The notes under the pieces were generated by a model, which made no database searches, was not told the origin of the DNA, and was given only the letters and a program-made list of their open reading frames with translations. Positions 43,300-58,000 of a stretch of 64,000 nt of DNA are shown piece by piece (within the stretch, counting starts at the first letter, position 1; the number at the start of each line of letters is the position of its first letter). Location of the stretch: contig CM120642.1 of assembly GCA_051362555.1 (NCBI GenBank), positions 9,052,001 to 9,116,000 of the forward strand, written 5' to 3'. The DNA comes from Lingula anatina. Lineage: Eukaryota; Animalia; Brachiopoda. The position numbers and the translations under genes are program-made.

Positions 43300-46200
43300 A
43301 TGGCAGCGACTTTACTGGTGGCACTTATGGTCCTTAGTTCAGGTGAGAAAGTTAGATAATTGAAATTAGTAGAAATGATAGATGAATTATGACAGAAACG
43401 ACGAGCAATGATAGAGTCAAGGTTAAAGTTTAGTTTAGACAATCCGTATACTGCACTTTTTGACTTCATACATCGCTTAGTGGACGTTTAGCTAGATTTT
43501 AGGATATGTACAAGGGGGAAGGGGTAATTTGAGCTAAAATCAATAGAAAATTGATGAATCGAGAAGATATTACTGATTCTGAATACGATAAGGTAATCAA
43601 AGCGCAGAGAGACAGTGTATTGTCATTCATTTATGCATGAAGAATTACTGGCGGTTGAATGAAGTCTTAAGTAGCAATAACAGTTTCTTCAAATTAAAGC
43701 TAAACTCATAGTAATCTCCCATCCAATATTCTCTAATAATGTCTAGCATGTATGGTACCATTCCCTGATGAGGGTTTCTTGTTAGAACCTGGAATGTTGG
43801 AAGGAAGTTGCTTTGGGTTTTGATGTTGTTTGAAGAAAGTATTATTGTAACTTTGAGTGTACACAGCTGGTGAATTTTTCTGCTGAGTTACATTCAATGT
43901 TTCTAAGTAACCTTAAGATTCTACCCAATTAAATCTTAAACATGTTTAACATTGAAATTGCCGGCATTCCGTAAATGCATTACAATATGAGCATGACAAA
44001 TATGCGCTTTACTACAAATTTTGATCTGCCATTGTTTTATGTGACAAGATGTTCGTGTACTGAGAGCACCTCGCACGGTTTATCTTTTCAGTGAAATTCA
44101 TTGGTGACATTTCATGTGACCCTGCATCTATCGGGCTATAGAATTTTTGAGCGTATTCTTCTTTCAAACAATTATTTATCACATAATTGTTTTATTATAT
44201 AATTATCATAATAATAATCAGCATTATTGGTATGTTTTCCATGCATATCATATATAAATAGACACAGTCTCTATCAATACAGAAAAAATCAACATAATTC
44301 TCAGAAAGGTATGACATATCAGCGTTTAATAAATCAGAAATACTGTCACGTTTTGTCTCGTTAACATTGATGATCAGTCGGAGAGCGCATAAAGTGCATC
44401 TTGATTAACGCACATCGAGCTAATATGAATGATATTGTGTTTTTTTCCTCTAATCTCAAACCCAACAATCATCGGCCACAAATATTGAGTGCAAATCGTA
44501 TTCCAAATGTGACTGTTTACTGCGATCTGTCATGGAATCCTGAAGTGTCAGAGCATGTGTTTTAATGAATCTCTCTTTCCGTCCATCATAAAGAGAGTTT
44601 CGATCAAAACCTATGCAGATTTTCCCGATCAAATGAAGGAACGATTTAACCGAAAAAACATGTAATTGCAATTTCTGTATTTTTTTCATTGGCGACAATT
44701 GATTGGATTTTTGTCATACAATTAACAAAACAAAGGAACGTCTTTTGACAGCGATTCCCTTGTCATTAACAAACGGCACGATTGGCATTTATTTTGTTTC
44801 TAATTGAAGATCTATGAAAGGACTGCCTGCAAGAGGTTCATGAGGTTTCATTTCAAATGTGTCACATCATGGATATGAATTCCATTAGCAGGTCACAAAA
44901 ACTACCAGGAAGATGATAACGAAAATAGCACCTAAGTCAAACATCCATCAAGATGCTTTCCCTTCAGAAAATCACAGCCCAAAGGAACTAAGGTTTACTA
45001 CAAGAGCAAGCCTTTCGTAGCAGTTCATGCATGCCGTTAAAATGTAATGGCGATAATTCATATTGATGATCTTGAAACTAATGATCTATTTGTAGACCAA
45101 AATACGTAAATAGTTCTAAAAGTTCACTCAACTACCATATATACCAGGCGCCAATCTAATTGAGTGGTATTTAACACTTATTCGGAAAGACACATAGCTG
45201 ACCAATATGTTCTTGCAGTTATGGTGTGTTTTAATGATTTGCCTCTCAAAGAGTATATTTTCGTAGCTTCTTGTTGAGTGAGCAGTTTCTCTCGCAGCTT
45301 GTCTTCCATATCTAAGCAAAGGGTGAAAACAAATTAGGCTTCTGCGGTTGATGAGGAAGTTTTTGAGCACACACTGGGAGACATCAGTCCCAACCTTTGA
45401 TTTCGGTTGACTTAAAACAGTACGTTTAAATTAATCTTTTTAATCTCGGAGGTGCATTCAGTTTTCATTTCCCGTTTTCATTTTACTAAATCACGAAAGT
45501 GCTCCTGGCGTCAGTGAACCCACCATTCAAGTATGTTGGCGAATTTAAGGTTAAAGCTACTCTAAATGGTCTTGACAATTGTTATCTATTGGGAATCAAT
45601 TAACATGGGTAAAGGAAAAAAGCTAAATGTTGTAATAAAGCCTTAACACTATCCCACATGAAAGTGGCCTCATTTTTCGCCAGTCTTGTTGAAAATTTTA
45701 ACCGCCATCAAACATGAATGCTTATCAATCATTATGGTTTAGAGTCATCAGTTATAATTTGCACTCAATTTTCATTTAATCTGTATTTGGAAACCATAAT
45801 CATCAAACCTTACCTTTAGATGCTGATGATAATATACTGAAATGACTTGAATCATAAATCATGTTTGATGCAACTGGGAAATATGAACGCTACATTATTG
45901 AAATGCGTTTTTCATCGTCAAGTTCCGAGTTCCAATCAACAGAATCAATATTCCGTTTGTGGAAATTGGCTTTGAGAAAAAAAGAGGAAATTGACCTGAT
46001 AATGTCAGATGCCGTTGCGACTAAAGGGGTGATCAGTATACAGGTTTGTTTATGAAGAATAACCTGTTTTAAGTCTCGAGACAGAAGTCCTTAATATCCA
46101 TATCCACTGATCTGACATTAACATCTATATAATAGCTTAATGACAGATAAAAATGCTTGTGCTTTTAGACAGTTTCACTAAAAGTCACGTCCGGTATCCT

Positions 46201-49200
46201 GCAAGGTTTGGTGGACTCCATCTTCCTTGTCGCAAAATGTTGATACTTCTTTTTTGCTTCGTGAATTCTTTATATCAAATTATATCAGTTCTTTAAATCA
46301 GTTTTAGCTGAAGCCTACCAAACGTGCACCTTAAAATTTTCAAACTTTATGTTAATATTATTTATCGAACAACAAGATGAATATTCATTTAAGTTGTCAC
46401 ATTTTCTATATTATCGAACTTAGGCTCCGTAAATGTTCCGAAATGTTGAAGTGTGCATATGCCTTTACATTGTAGTTAGGATTGAGAATGAATTAGGTTC
46501 GTGGTTTGCTGATTTACATGCGTTATCTTATGATGAAATTGATCCCGTGGACACTGACCACTACTTACGGTCGTGGCAACTTAATTGGCTAAATTGGCTT
46601 ACACGAGAATAAGTAGGATTTCCGTAATTATCGATTATTTTGGTGCAGAAAACACTATCTCCATGATGGGAATATGTTTTAATTCTGAACCTTTATTATT
46701 CTAAACTTGCATTGGGTCGAGCATTTCCACTACGGCTTTGTGGTCTGTTCATGTAGCGGTGGATGCGGTGGATGTAGACGCGGATCTGTACATCTGACAG
46801 ATTTTGTTACCTAGTATCAGTCCTTCAACAACAACACATGATGCATGAGTACACCGATCGTAAATACAACTTTCAAAATTTATAAAATCTGTAAAAATCA
46901 ATTAAAACAACCCAATAGACGTAGGCTAAAATATTTAAACGCGTGCTTCATAAACTGGTATTAGCAATAGTAAAAAATGAATATATGTATGTATATTAGA
47001 AGTATAAGAGAAAATTGAATATTTTAAAATATACATAGAATCCCTTGCCTTCGCCATTAAAAATCTAAAAAAGTCTTTTTCTTTTTTCCAAGCTGACTCA
47101 TCATAATCACAAGGGATGCATATTGGTTGAGCACTCTAGTAAATATTTTAAAGCAGATTCACGACACCAACACTTTAAATGCATCTGTACTCACGGTAAA
47201 AAAACTATAATTTGATCTTTATCACATTATTGGGCGACAGTCCTTCTATATTTCCTCTATTTCAAATGGAAAATACCAACACTGCCTGTCAAAATGAAGA
47301 GAGTTTGATTGATTTTGATTGTAAAGGGGAGACAGTTATTGATGTGTCTGTCAAATAATAATCATCCGAGATAGTCCGAAACGAGGCTGCTGGATTTGTG
47401 AGACGTCATACACCCAAAACATGGTGAATTTGTACTGTTGTTCAAAAGGCTGTATTTCGACAGTACATCAAAGGAGAGTAACAGGAAAATATCCATGGTA
47501 TCATGAGATCATGGATAAATTCTACCAGTTTTTATTCGTTGCAGCACTGCACTCGATAATCCGCCATATTATTCCTGAGTCCATTTTTCTATAAATCACT
47601 AAAAAGTCACTTGATTTTACTGGTTAACTAAGGCTCGATAATTTGGGCTATCTAAGATGTGATTACCATTACAACCGCTACGTTATTAACTGCACCAAAT
47701 GGTGCCCAAACATCTTTTAATGTCTTCGTTGTACATATCTAACGCTAACATATCACATGCAACGTGGAATATGTTTTTAAACATACTGTATCATGACATA
47801 AACATTTGTGAAATAATACGGTGCGACCCGATCCTACATGTAGGCTACATGTATGTGTACATGTACATGTACAAGTGCAAAGTAAAGCACTGCTTACCGT
47901 CCACCAGGGCAGCAAATTTTATTATATGAACTTTTCTTTGACAGTGCAGAAAATTCCACCGTTTAACTAGAGACATATCTGTGAATATCAAGTGAAAAAT
48001 CAATCTGTGACCCTGGTACGCAGTGCTTGCGAGCCTGTTGTAGAGGATGGTATGCCATGTACTAGCAAGACATGCCGCAGTGTGACCTGCATTGACCTCG
48101 ACGAAGTAGCAAAGCATTAATTTTTCAAACACACTTTACCAAGAAAAATTGTACATGTTCTCCAAACCTTAATTTTGAATAGAATATACGCTGTTACGTC
48201 GAACAGAAGGTGATATCAAAGAATAGACTTTTCACTTCATGTGAATGGCTTGTGATTGCGTTCGCATTGCCAGAGACATGGGACATAACGTGAGTGCGAT
48301 TCCCTGTCTTACGCACGTGGCACTCATACCTTATATCAGTCTAAGCAATCATTCTGTTTTGATTTCTGTCTCTCAATATGCCTAGATCAACGTGTATTTG
48401 GAGTTAGATGGCATTGCTGTCACTCTAAGGGCGGAGATCTTGTAGTTACTGTACTTATATATGTAATTAACACGAAAGTGCAATATCGTGTTTCTGTCAG
48501 ATTTCAGATTTCTTGTGATTTGTTCGCCTTGGGTTATTCTAACCTTAAAAGGTCATTCTTTTCTTTACTCTAACCAAGAACGTTGAAGACAATATACGCC
48601 CTTGCTCTAACAAAAGGCTTCAAAACTTATCTTCAGTCGGTTTTCCCTAGCGTATGTTTCCGTCAGAATCAAACCTATCACAACAATTGTAAGTGGTCGT
48701 CCAAATGATCAATTATAAAAATGAATGTTCAATTCCAAAGTGGCAAAGTCAGTATTTCCAGGTTGATCAATATTCTGTGACCACATAAAGCTTCATCTAA
48801 TGGCAATAAAGGGCCTTTGATCAACGAGATTTAATCTTCCTATCCATCTGTCTTTATATTATACATTATAATTGATTTAAAAACTGTTTGTTGTCTTCTT
48901 TGATGGTGATTTTTTTTACTTTTAAGACATTTCGAGCTTCTAATCCATAAAGACTTCATTAAGGCCCCATTCAGAATGGATGATCCGAGTACTTACTGAT
49001 CCGCCGACTAAATATGGCAGACCACAGATCAAAGCGATGCCGCTTATTCCTGATGGTCTCCCCGACTCCTAAGATACTAGTGTGAATAAAAGCGAGATCG
49101 CACTGAGAATTATAATGTGGAGAGATGGTTATGTATTTTGGCCATGGCAAAATTCAGAAAATGGTAAAAAAACGCAAGGGGATACATTGTTTTGAATAAA

Positions 49201-50232
49201 TAAGCTGAAGAAGTAGTGTCGAAAGGAAAAGATCAATAACGAGATCAAATTTGTTTGACGCCGTATAGTCTGCTCAAGTAATTCGTCTTCGTCTTTTACG
49301 TAAATATACGTTTTGTAACAAAAATAAAAAGCACTTACCGGCTGTGTTTCATCAGTACCATTTTTTCATGAAATGTAATAGAACTGTGCATTGTGCATAA
49401 TCTTTATACTGTTTGAGCAATGAAATACTTTACTCTCTGGTAGCCTATATCATTGAAAGATATTCCTCTATTTTTGACAAATGTGATATACAAATACAGT
49501 CGTATATGCATTGCTATATGGTTTATGTACGTGGACTATATAGATATACTCTATTGTACAATTCATCGAGAAGGCTCTGGGTAAAGGTCACTGCTAAATC
49601 TAGTTACCAGTATGGATGTGCCCGTAGAGCCGTTCTTTTAACCGAATAAGTGAGTAATTCCCGAGTGCTATGTGCTACCCAGGTCCGAAACCGGGAAGGG
49701 GGGGGGGGTCACCCTTTTGGCCGGGAAAGGGTCCGCTTTGGTAAGTTTTGATATAGGTACACAATGTGAAAGAAAAAGACCCCCTTTAAAATTTGTGGCT
49801 ACGGGCATGCTATAGGGGCCTATTTGCTTGTTATACCACACGTGTTAACCGTTGGGCAAAGGAATTGCTCGCAAGAGGATATTTTCTTAGAACAAACTGA
49901 AAAGAAATACTATTTTTCTCCGACATATTTCAGGATAAAAACCATCAAAACAGGCTTCAGTTCATTTCAACATTGTTACTATCGACACCAATTCAATTTA
50001 ACATGCAAATGATACCAGGTTTGCAATAATTCAAGTAGCATTTGTCTATAATTTATTTAGGAAGCTGTGCTATTTCACTCTATATCTGATTATCCGATGT
50101 GTTCACGATTGTTTAATTGGTCCTAAGCTAAACTGGGATACGTAATGGACAAAATACTGAGTTTTTACTGATACGTGTCTAACTGCATTAGTCTTTGTAA
50201 GTTCATCCTGTCCATGTGTATAATCAGATCAT

Positions 50233-50263
<31 letters not shown>

Positions 50264-53200
50264 CATTCACATCGAGAAAAGCCGAGGTCGAGCAAGGCCG
50301 AGACCTAAATATGGCGGACCTACATGAAAGGAAGACCGCCTAATCCTTTAATGGTCTCTCAATGACTTTCAAAGACATTCATAGAGAGACCATTAAAGGA
50401 TTAGGCGGTCTTCCTTTTATGTAGGTCCGCCGTACTCAGGTCTTGGCCTTGCTAGACCTCGGCTCTTCTCGATGTGAATTCTCAGAGAGAGTCGTAGGGG
50501 CAAATGAACTTACGGATAGACGGACAGACAGACGAACAAGTAGGCCTAGCTGTATATCTGGGAATTAATAATGTTTTATAAAAATCCCATTCGACGAGTT
50601 TTTCTTAATAATCTTGATTCAGCATGTTTCTTAGTTAGATAATCCACTGGATTCTGGACATTTAATTTCTAGAATTATTAAGATTGAAGGGAACTTTTAC
50701 TTGCGCCTGCATTCGCATTTAAAAGGTTTTAATTAATTAATGTTCCAAATATGATACTAAATCTGAAATTATCAGCTTTATTTTCAACTGTTACCAAACT
50801 ACAAACGAGCGCCCTTTCATAAGAAAGGAAGCTATGACAGTCATTCCTTTCCGTTTTAATCAAAGGTAATCAATACGTGGTTTACTCGCTTAAATGGATT
50901 TTCCTTGTGGAAAAAGCAATTTGCTCCTTCGCACGAATCACTTCTCTGCTTGTCACTGTACTTGGTATTTTTTATTCTTTTTATAATTTAACAAATTTGT
51001 TTATCATTGACTGGCCCGTCAACTAGAATACCATGCAATCATTACATTCCTATACAAATAGAATCATCGACAACAGGTACCTTTCTATGGAATTTATATC
51101 TTTAAGGTCCGAATTGGGAAAGATGAGTAACTTTGCACGATATATTGACATAAAAATATGACTTTGAAAATATTTCAGACGTGAACAGTATATCTTTAAC
51201 CATTTTCCCAGAAAAAATATAATGACAGACAGAAATTTGCTTCGTAGATGATATTGATATCTCCACCTGCAATTGCATGCGATGACATGTGTTTAATCTG
51301 TCTGTCTGTCTGTCTGTCAGTTAGTCAGTCTGTGTCTCCTTGCAGGGGCAACCTGGTATACAGACACACGGTACATTCACATGACAGAAGCACGCGTTCA
51401 ATCTGATTGACAGATATCCGGGGCAATACCTTTATATTTACAAACTTTGATTTTTAAATTTGCATTTGTAACCTTGAGGACAAGTAAACCTACGGCAAAA
51501 TAACACCTACTTGAGAAGCGTGCCCGCTAAAAAGAAATCGTTTGGATGTCTACTTCATGTTTTTGCGTGAATTATAGTGCCTTTTTAAATGGTATGAATT
51601 CAAGATTTCCGAAAACGGAAAAAAGTAACAGCCAATATACCGGACTTTCTCTGTCATTCTTTGCTAGTGGTTACAAAATGTTGAATTTGACCGAAAATTT
51701 CAAACTTTCTCTGGGAAGCTGTAATTTTGCGATGTGATAGCTACACCATCACAGTTTATCATTTCATAAAAAGGGAAACAGCAGCTGCCCTTTTTAGGGC
51801 ACACAGGACAGTTGAACAGCTATACCCACCAAATCCAAGACGCGTTACCCTGGGTAATATATTTTGCACAAACTAATGAAAGTCTAATGGAATGTTTTCA
51901 GTTTTAGTTTAAATCATAAGGGGGTGTTGTCTCAATGCTTCAAAACTGGTTTTGAAGAATTTAATCCACATTTCATAATTAATAAAAATGGTGAATATGT
52001 GGGTCACGGTAACGTTATTGACGCGGGTACAAAAACTTTTTATAATCATGTAAATAATAACAATATTTTTGCTATTATCCATACACACTTCATTCATGAG
52101 GGGCACACCACTTTCACATGCTTTTAAAATGGAATTGACAAACACAGAGGAATAATGCACATATTTTATTTACTGTAACTCTGTCATATGGGACACACAC
52201 TGAACAAAGTTGATCTAAAGAATGTTCCAGATTGTAGTTTTTTATCAGAACTATTATTTTATTATTATTATTTTAACACAATAAAGTTCAGTTAAATACA
52301 AAATTTAACAAAATGAAGTTCAGTGTAACACAAAGTTCATAATTATAACATTCTTCCTGACATATGTAGACCAATGGTGATATCTGTTCTGTGCTCACTA
52401 AGGCATCCACTCTTGGGATTCTGAAAAAAATTCACACAAAGAATCTGTTAACTCTGATAACGAACAATGGATAACCTAAGATCACAAATAGTTTATTGCT
52501 TATTCAAACAAAGTACAGTGCATTATGAGTGGCAAACACGCATTACTGAGACACATTTTCTTCACCCATTTTCGGTGCTTCATTGCGTAACGTAAGTGTT
52601 GCTAGTAATCCATTATTGCTGTTTTTACAGACGGTTAAATTTTAAACGCACGGAATACAGTGTAGCAGCTTAATTTAAGACAAAACTAAAAAAAGTAATT
52701 CAATTTCGATGATTGAGTTTTCGAGAACAAGAGAACATGAATACGGTATCACCGCGTCACCATGTTCAATATGACCTTTAGTCCCCCATGTGAAACAGAT
52801 GCAAAACGAAAGTTCAGACGAAGTCACCCTACTTATAGAATGGTAAAAATCAATCGGTACACAAATATGTTGAAACAATTGAAGAAAAATGAAACGAAAC
52901 TCATTATTTCTCACCTTCATACAAAGAAGATCCCAATAAACAATCCTGTGACGGTTAAATCGAGGGAATTACACCTGTGCCCTGCATCCTATCTCGACAG
53001 CGTCATTGCGTGATATGTTATCAGAATGGGCCACCCGCCAGTTTGAGCTGGTTTTTTTAGTGTGCAAAAGAAGCCATTCGTGTGTAAGACGTCATCAGTT
53101 AGTGAGTATGGAAGAAGATCGCTATCGATGTATAATTTTCACGCGGCATTTTAAAGTCGTCTGATAAAAATCGATCTCTGAAGTTTCAGCGTTGCGAACG

Positions 53201-55002
53201 TTATATTGGGACGCGGTGAAGAAAAATCGACCTTGCTGAGCAATGAATGTGAAATTCTTAAGAAAACTGATATTATCATGGACTTCGTGACACAAACTAA
53301 CCGACATACTACTTTGGACGATTGAACAGTTTTAATACGGAAAGATAGGATTAGATGAAATTTTCATCGGGGTGGGACACCGCATGTATCGTAAGTTAAG
53401 CTAATTTTGTGATCATTTTTCAGTGACTTCAAATAAATTGTTATTTAAATAACAATTTGCACATTCTGTTTATTATATCTTCTTGCAGTAGATGTATTTC
53501 CTGCTTCAATAATCCATTCAAACCCTAAACAAACTGTTCTTAAATAGAGGTAGGGTCAAAATTCCACAAAAAAGGACGCCATTTTGAGGGTTATTTCGAT
53601 ATATTTTCTGCTTTTTCTATTTTTTTGCTTTTATAACAACATCCTCCTTGCTCATGCAGCTTCTTTGATTTGTTATTGAAACATACACAACGATGTCATG
53701 AGAATTTGGTTGGCTATCTAAATTTAAATAACATTCTTGTTATGGCCCCCCTGCAGTGCACCACTAGCAAAGAATGACTGTTCTGGAAACGGTCTTACGA
53801 CACATTCTGTTTTAACGGCGGCGGTAAATCCTTATGTACAAACAGACGGTCTTATTGGTTGGCGTTACAGTCACGTTAAAAGGTTCAACCAAGAAGTTGT
53901 ACAACTTTACAACTTCTTGGTTCAACCTAGTTTGCAACCTGCTATATCACACAACTTTGTAACAACGATTTTTTGACCATAGAATTCTATAGTATAATTC
54001 TAGTACACGGTCAATCAGAGTCAAGCTTGATCATTAGCTTATAATCAGCTATTGCAACCACAAGGCTTGTGTGGTGGACATTATTATAAGTACTTAAAGG
54101 TACATATAAACCGAGCATCGGTGGAGCGTGGATTTCCAGTAACACATATAAACCACTTCTACTAGTTTCTTATACGACTCAAATAAATTCGACATGCCAA
54201 GGGATAAACTGAATAATTTGCTTTGGTGGCAAAAAATTGACTTCATATGCATCTTTAAATAAACTATCGCATCTTGACTTGAATTGCGGCAATATCTGTT
54301 TCTGGTTGGTTCCGTGCCAAACGGGTCTTAGGAGTGCAATATTCATGCTGTTTCTAAACAATTCATTACACATCAGAGCTGATTCGTGATGTCACAATGA
54401 CTTCTCCCTCATTGATTAATTTGAAAGGTTCAACGATAGTTTATCCACATGTAATGTGCACACGCCCTCCCCAGCCGGAGAACGACGGAATTGCGAAAAA
54501 TGCTCAAGCTAAATAATATTAAGTTTCAACCCAATATCAGCTTGTCAGTCTGAAGACTGTTTCCTTTTCGCATTAAGATTAATTCATATTTCGGTCATCC
54601 TTCCCGAAGCCGCGCGACTTGTACGAGTCAATGGAAAACAAGATGTAATGTAATCTATTATTTTCTCCATAGGTATACACCCGTTCAATGGATGCGATTC
54701 GTGCATTGTACGGGTTGGTGAAAGCAGGAAATGAATATATTGTGAATATGTTCATAATTATCAACAAAAATTAACACAAAACTTTATAATAACGACGGAA
54801 AGGCCGGTGCACGCTAAAATGAATATCCGCCTGAGCATGGGGTCTATTGGCTCTCGCCGTTTTGGTGTATGAAGCCGGTGTAAAGCATTAAATAAAAATT
54901 CCAGTAACCCACTTAAGTAGATACTATCGTTCGCGCAGTCATTGTAGATCTACGTTATATTTATTCCAAAATTTGGTCTGACAACGTCAATAGAATCATC
55001 CT

Positions 55003-55044
<42 letters not shown>

Positions 55045-58000
55045 GCACACATATGGTCCATACCCGCATCTCTCTTAGACATACGCGCCAACACTTTCAC
55101 ACGCATGTGCACACTTCCAATACACTGTTTGACCAAGCTCTACTTCAACTTGCCACCGCCTCTCATCTTGTCTCATAAACGCGCGTTCTTTCACATGCCC
55201 GAACTTGAAGGCGTTACGGGGAGTAATGGTACTGGGACGTAAATTGATGTAACCGTTTTCTTCATATGATTAATCTCTACTTCTTCTTTCCAGCCTCATC
55301 CCAGACAGAAGCCCCCGGCGGTTGCACAGAAGAGCAAGTGAATGGATGCACCCAGCCGTACAGAGAGTATATCGAGAACCTCGATGACGGTTCAAAGGAC
55401 AAAATTGTCCCTGACCACGATGAACATACCATGAGGAACATTTGCAGGTTGAGGTCCCGACCCCCACCTCCCACTTTTTATCTCATCTCCGTTAAAATGA
55501 ATAAATGATAAAATTAGATAGTATTTTGTTAACCAATTTCTCGCGAGATATCTATAAATAGTACAAAATGTATTGCTTTGGTTTCATTGTGAGAAATACG
55601 TTTGGGTACTCATATATATAAAGACTTAATTAAAAGCAGAGATGTCAGAGTCTTAAGATCCGTTTGCTCTTAACGCAAATATATATTGCAATCATTTTTC
55701 AGAAACTATGCTGTCATGGAATCCTGCCTCCAGCCGTTGAAAATCATCTGTGACACTCCACAAACGCAGATAGTTTTGAAGGCAATCGGGGCTCTCGAGG
55801 GAGGCATGGGATATCTTTGTAATGAGTCTCTGGATGGTAAAAAAAAAGTCATTTGTTTTTGTTAATTTTGATTTACATTGCAAATGTGTACATTTAATGA
55901 GATTACTGCGATTGTGTCCACCTGCCTTCCAGCAGAATTACTTTGTAGACAAGAAAAGCCACCAGAGAGCGCAGACCTCCGCCAAGGCAGCCTAAATCTC
56001 ATTATTATAAATTAATTATCAATCAACTAATTAGTTACCTAAATTCTAAGTATTGATTTATTAATAATTTGCATTTGTTGTGGAGTTCTGGGCAAAAATA
56101 ACCAAATTGGCTTATCTCGCAATGGTAAAGAAACCTCTTAGAATGTTTAGATCTAAAGAGTAATAGAGATCACAACCAAAATCTACCCATTTTTAAAGGT
56201 GCTTTATACGGGATTTACCACCCAAAATAATTTTTCCTTGGGAAAAGGGCAATTTTCTCCTTCAACGAACTATTGCTCGACCCGTCAGTGCACTTGGGCT
56301 CGATGTTTTATTCCATTTTTAATTAAATGATTTAGTTCTTAATGACTTGCCAGTCATTTAGAACGCCATGTCTTCCTGTAAATTTCAGAGGGATTTATTG
56401 TCGTCAGGCACTGTTATTTGGGGGGTTTCACTGTTTTAATGTCTGAGCTGAGAAGGATTAGTAGCTATGCAGAATATATACCAATAGAAAATATGAATTC
56501 AAGAAATTTTCAAACGCGTGCAGTATACTTTAATTGTGGTCTATTACTGACCTTTCCTGTCAATTTCATCAAAACCCTTAACAATGCTGGTGACAAACAG
56601 TTAACTCGAGGTGAAAGCCTAACCTCCTGTGCGGAGGTTATTACGACATGTAGGCCTTCAGTAGAGATTCATAAATGTATACTGGTAGATTATATTTTAT
56701 TACTTTTTAGTTACTCGTTCGTATGCCATCATTTTCTTTTTTCAAAATAGATTATATATCATGTGTAAAATAGGGCACTTTTTTGTGAAGCACGCACAGA
56801 TGAAAAATGAGCAGTTTAAGACTAATATTATCTTGTAAATTAAAAACAATTAAACAGTCAGGATGAAGGATGAAATGAACTAACAAAAGGCTCACTTCAA
56901 TTTTCCATAACCCTTCCACGCCGTTCATTTTTCACATTTTATTGGCAATATGCGTATATGTGTGCATTGCTTTCTCAAGCAATTTGTTTTATAGCAAATG
57001 TTGTTTTCATCGCTGACATAAAACCTGAATAGATTAGCCTGATTGCAATTTCTTATCTCCCCCTTGGCGCATTGTGGAACTTCATCAAAGATGATATCTC
57101 GTAAGTGTAGGGATTGTTTTTGTGTAAATTTGAAGAGTTAAGAAGGTGTAAGACCTTCTCTTCGTCTGGATTGTATTGCATTGTTATAGTTTTATTGTTA
57201 TTTTATTTTTATTTCACATGAACTTACTCGTACAAGTGTATTTCATTGTAATTTTTTTCTTTTTTATTGCGTGTTATCTTACTTCATTTTGTTTTCCTTT
57301 TTTATTACTCCTGTTCTATCTTTGTTACAGATTCGATCCATTATTTATTTCTTGGATTTTCATTCCATTTCATGCTTTTATCTAACTTTACTTAAATTCA
57401 AAATCGATCTTTGTTTTATAATTAGTACTTTTTTCAGACTACGTCAAGCACGTCTCGTGTTTCAGCGACCCGGCAAGAACTCCAGTGATAAATAGGTGCC
57501 GCTACGAGCAAAACGAACGTCTCATCTTGATAACACAGGATAAAGGTCTAAGCAAACAGGACAGGCAGTTCAAAACTTGCGAGTAAGTGTTCTGTCATTT
57601 TCGACCTGCCTAGTGTTATCTCTTAAATAATACCAAGTGCAATTATACGTGTTAAGGGAGTATTCTTGTGTCCACTATGTTGCAACCACATAATAAAGGC
57701 TCAAAAATTGAATACGGTGCCAATAACATAGTAAAGGAATGGGACTAAAATACAACTAACCAATGCAAAGGCTGAATTCAAGTTACACTGGAAAATTTTT
57801 TCTTGTCTCTAGATAAGATGATAAAACAGTTACTCTTGAATTAAAGGCTTAATAACTACAGTAGATCCATACACTAAATGTTTCGACCCACCATCTATGG
57901 ACCTTGAGCACATAAACAGTTTCTCGGACCGTGCCGCAAGAGGCACAGTATTTTTTTTTTTTTTTGGTCTATGACTGAAAGTGTAGTCATATATCTTAAG

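Noticed and set aside
43740-43905. Short minus-strand open frame (..YTQSYNNTFF..LPSNI) reminiscent of a LINE 3' end
   Set aside because: Too degenerate to support a call.
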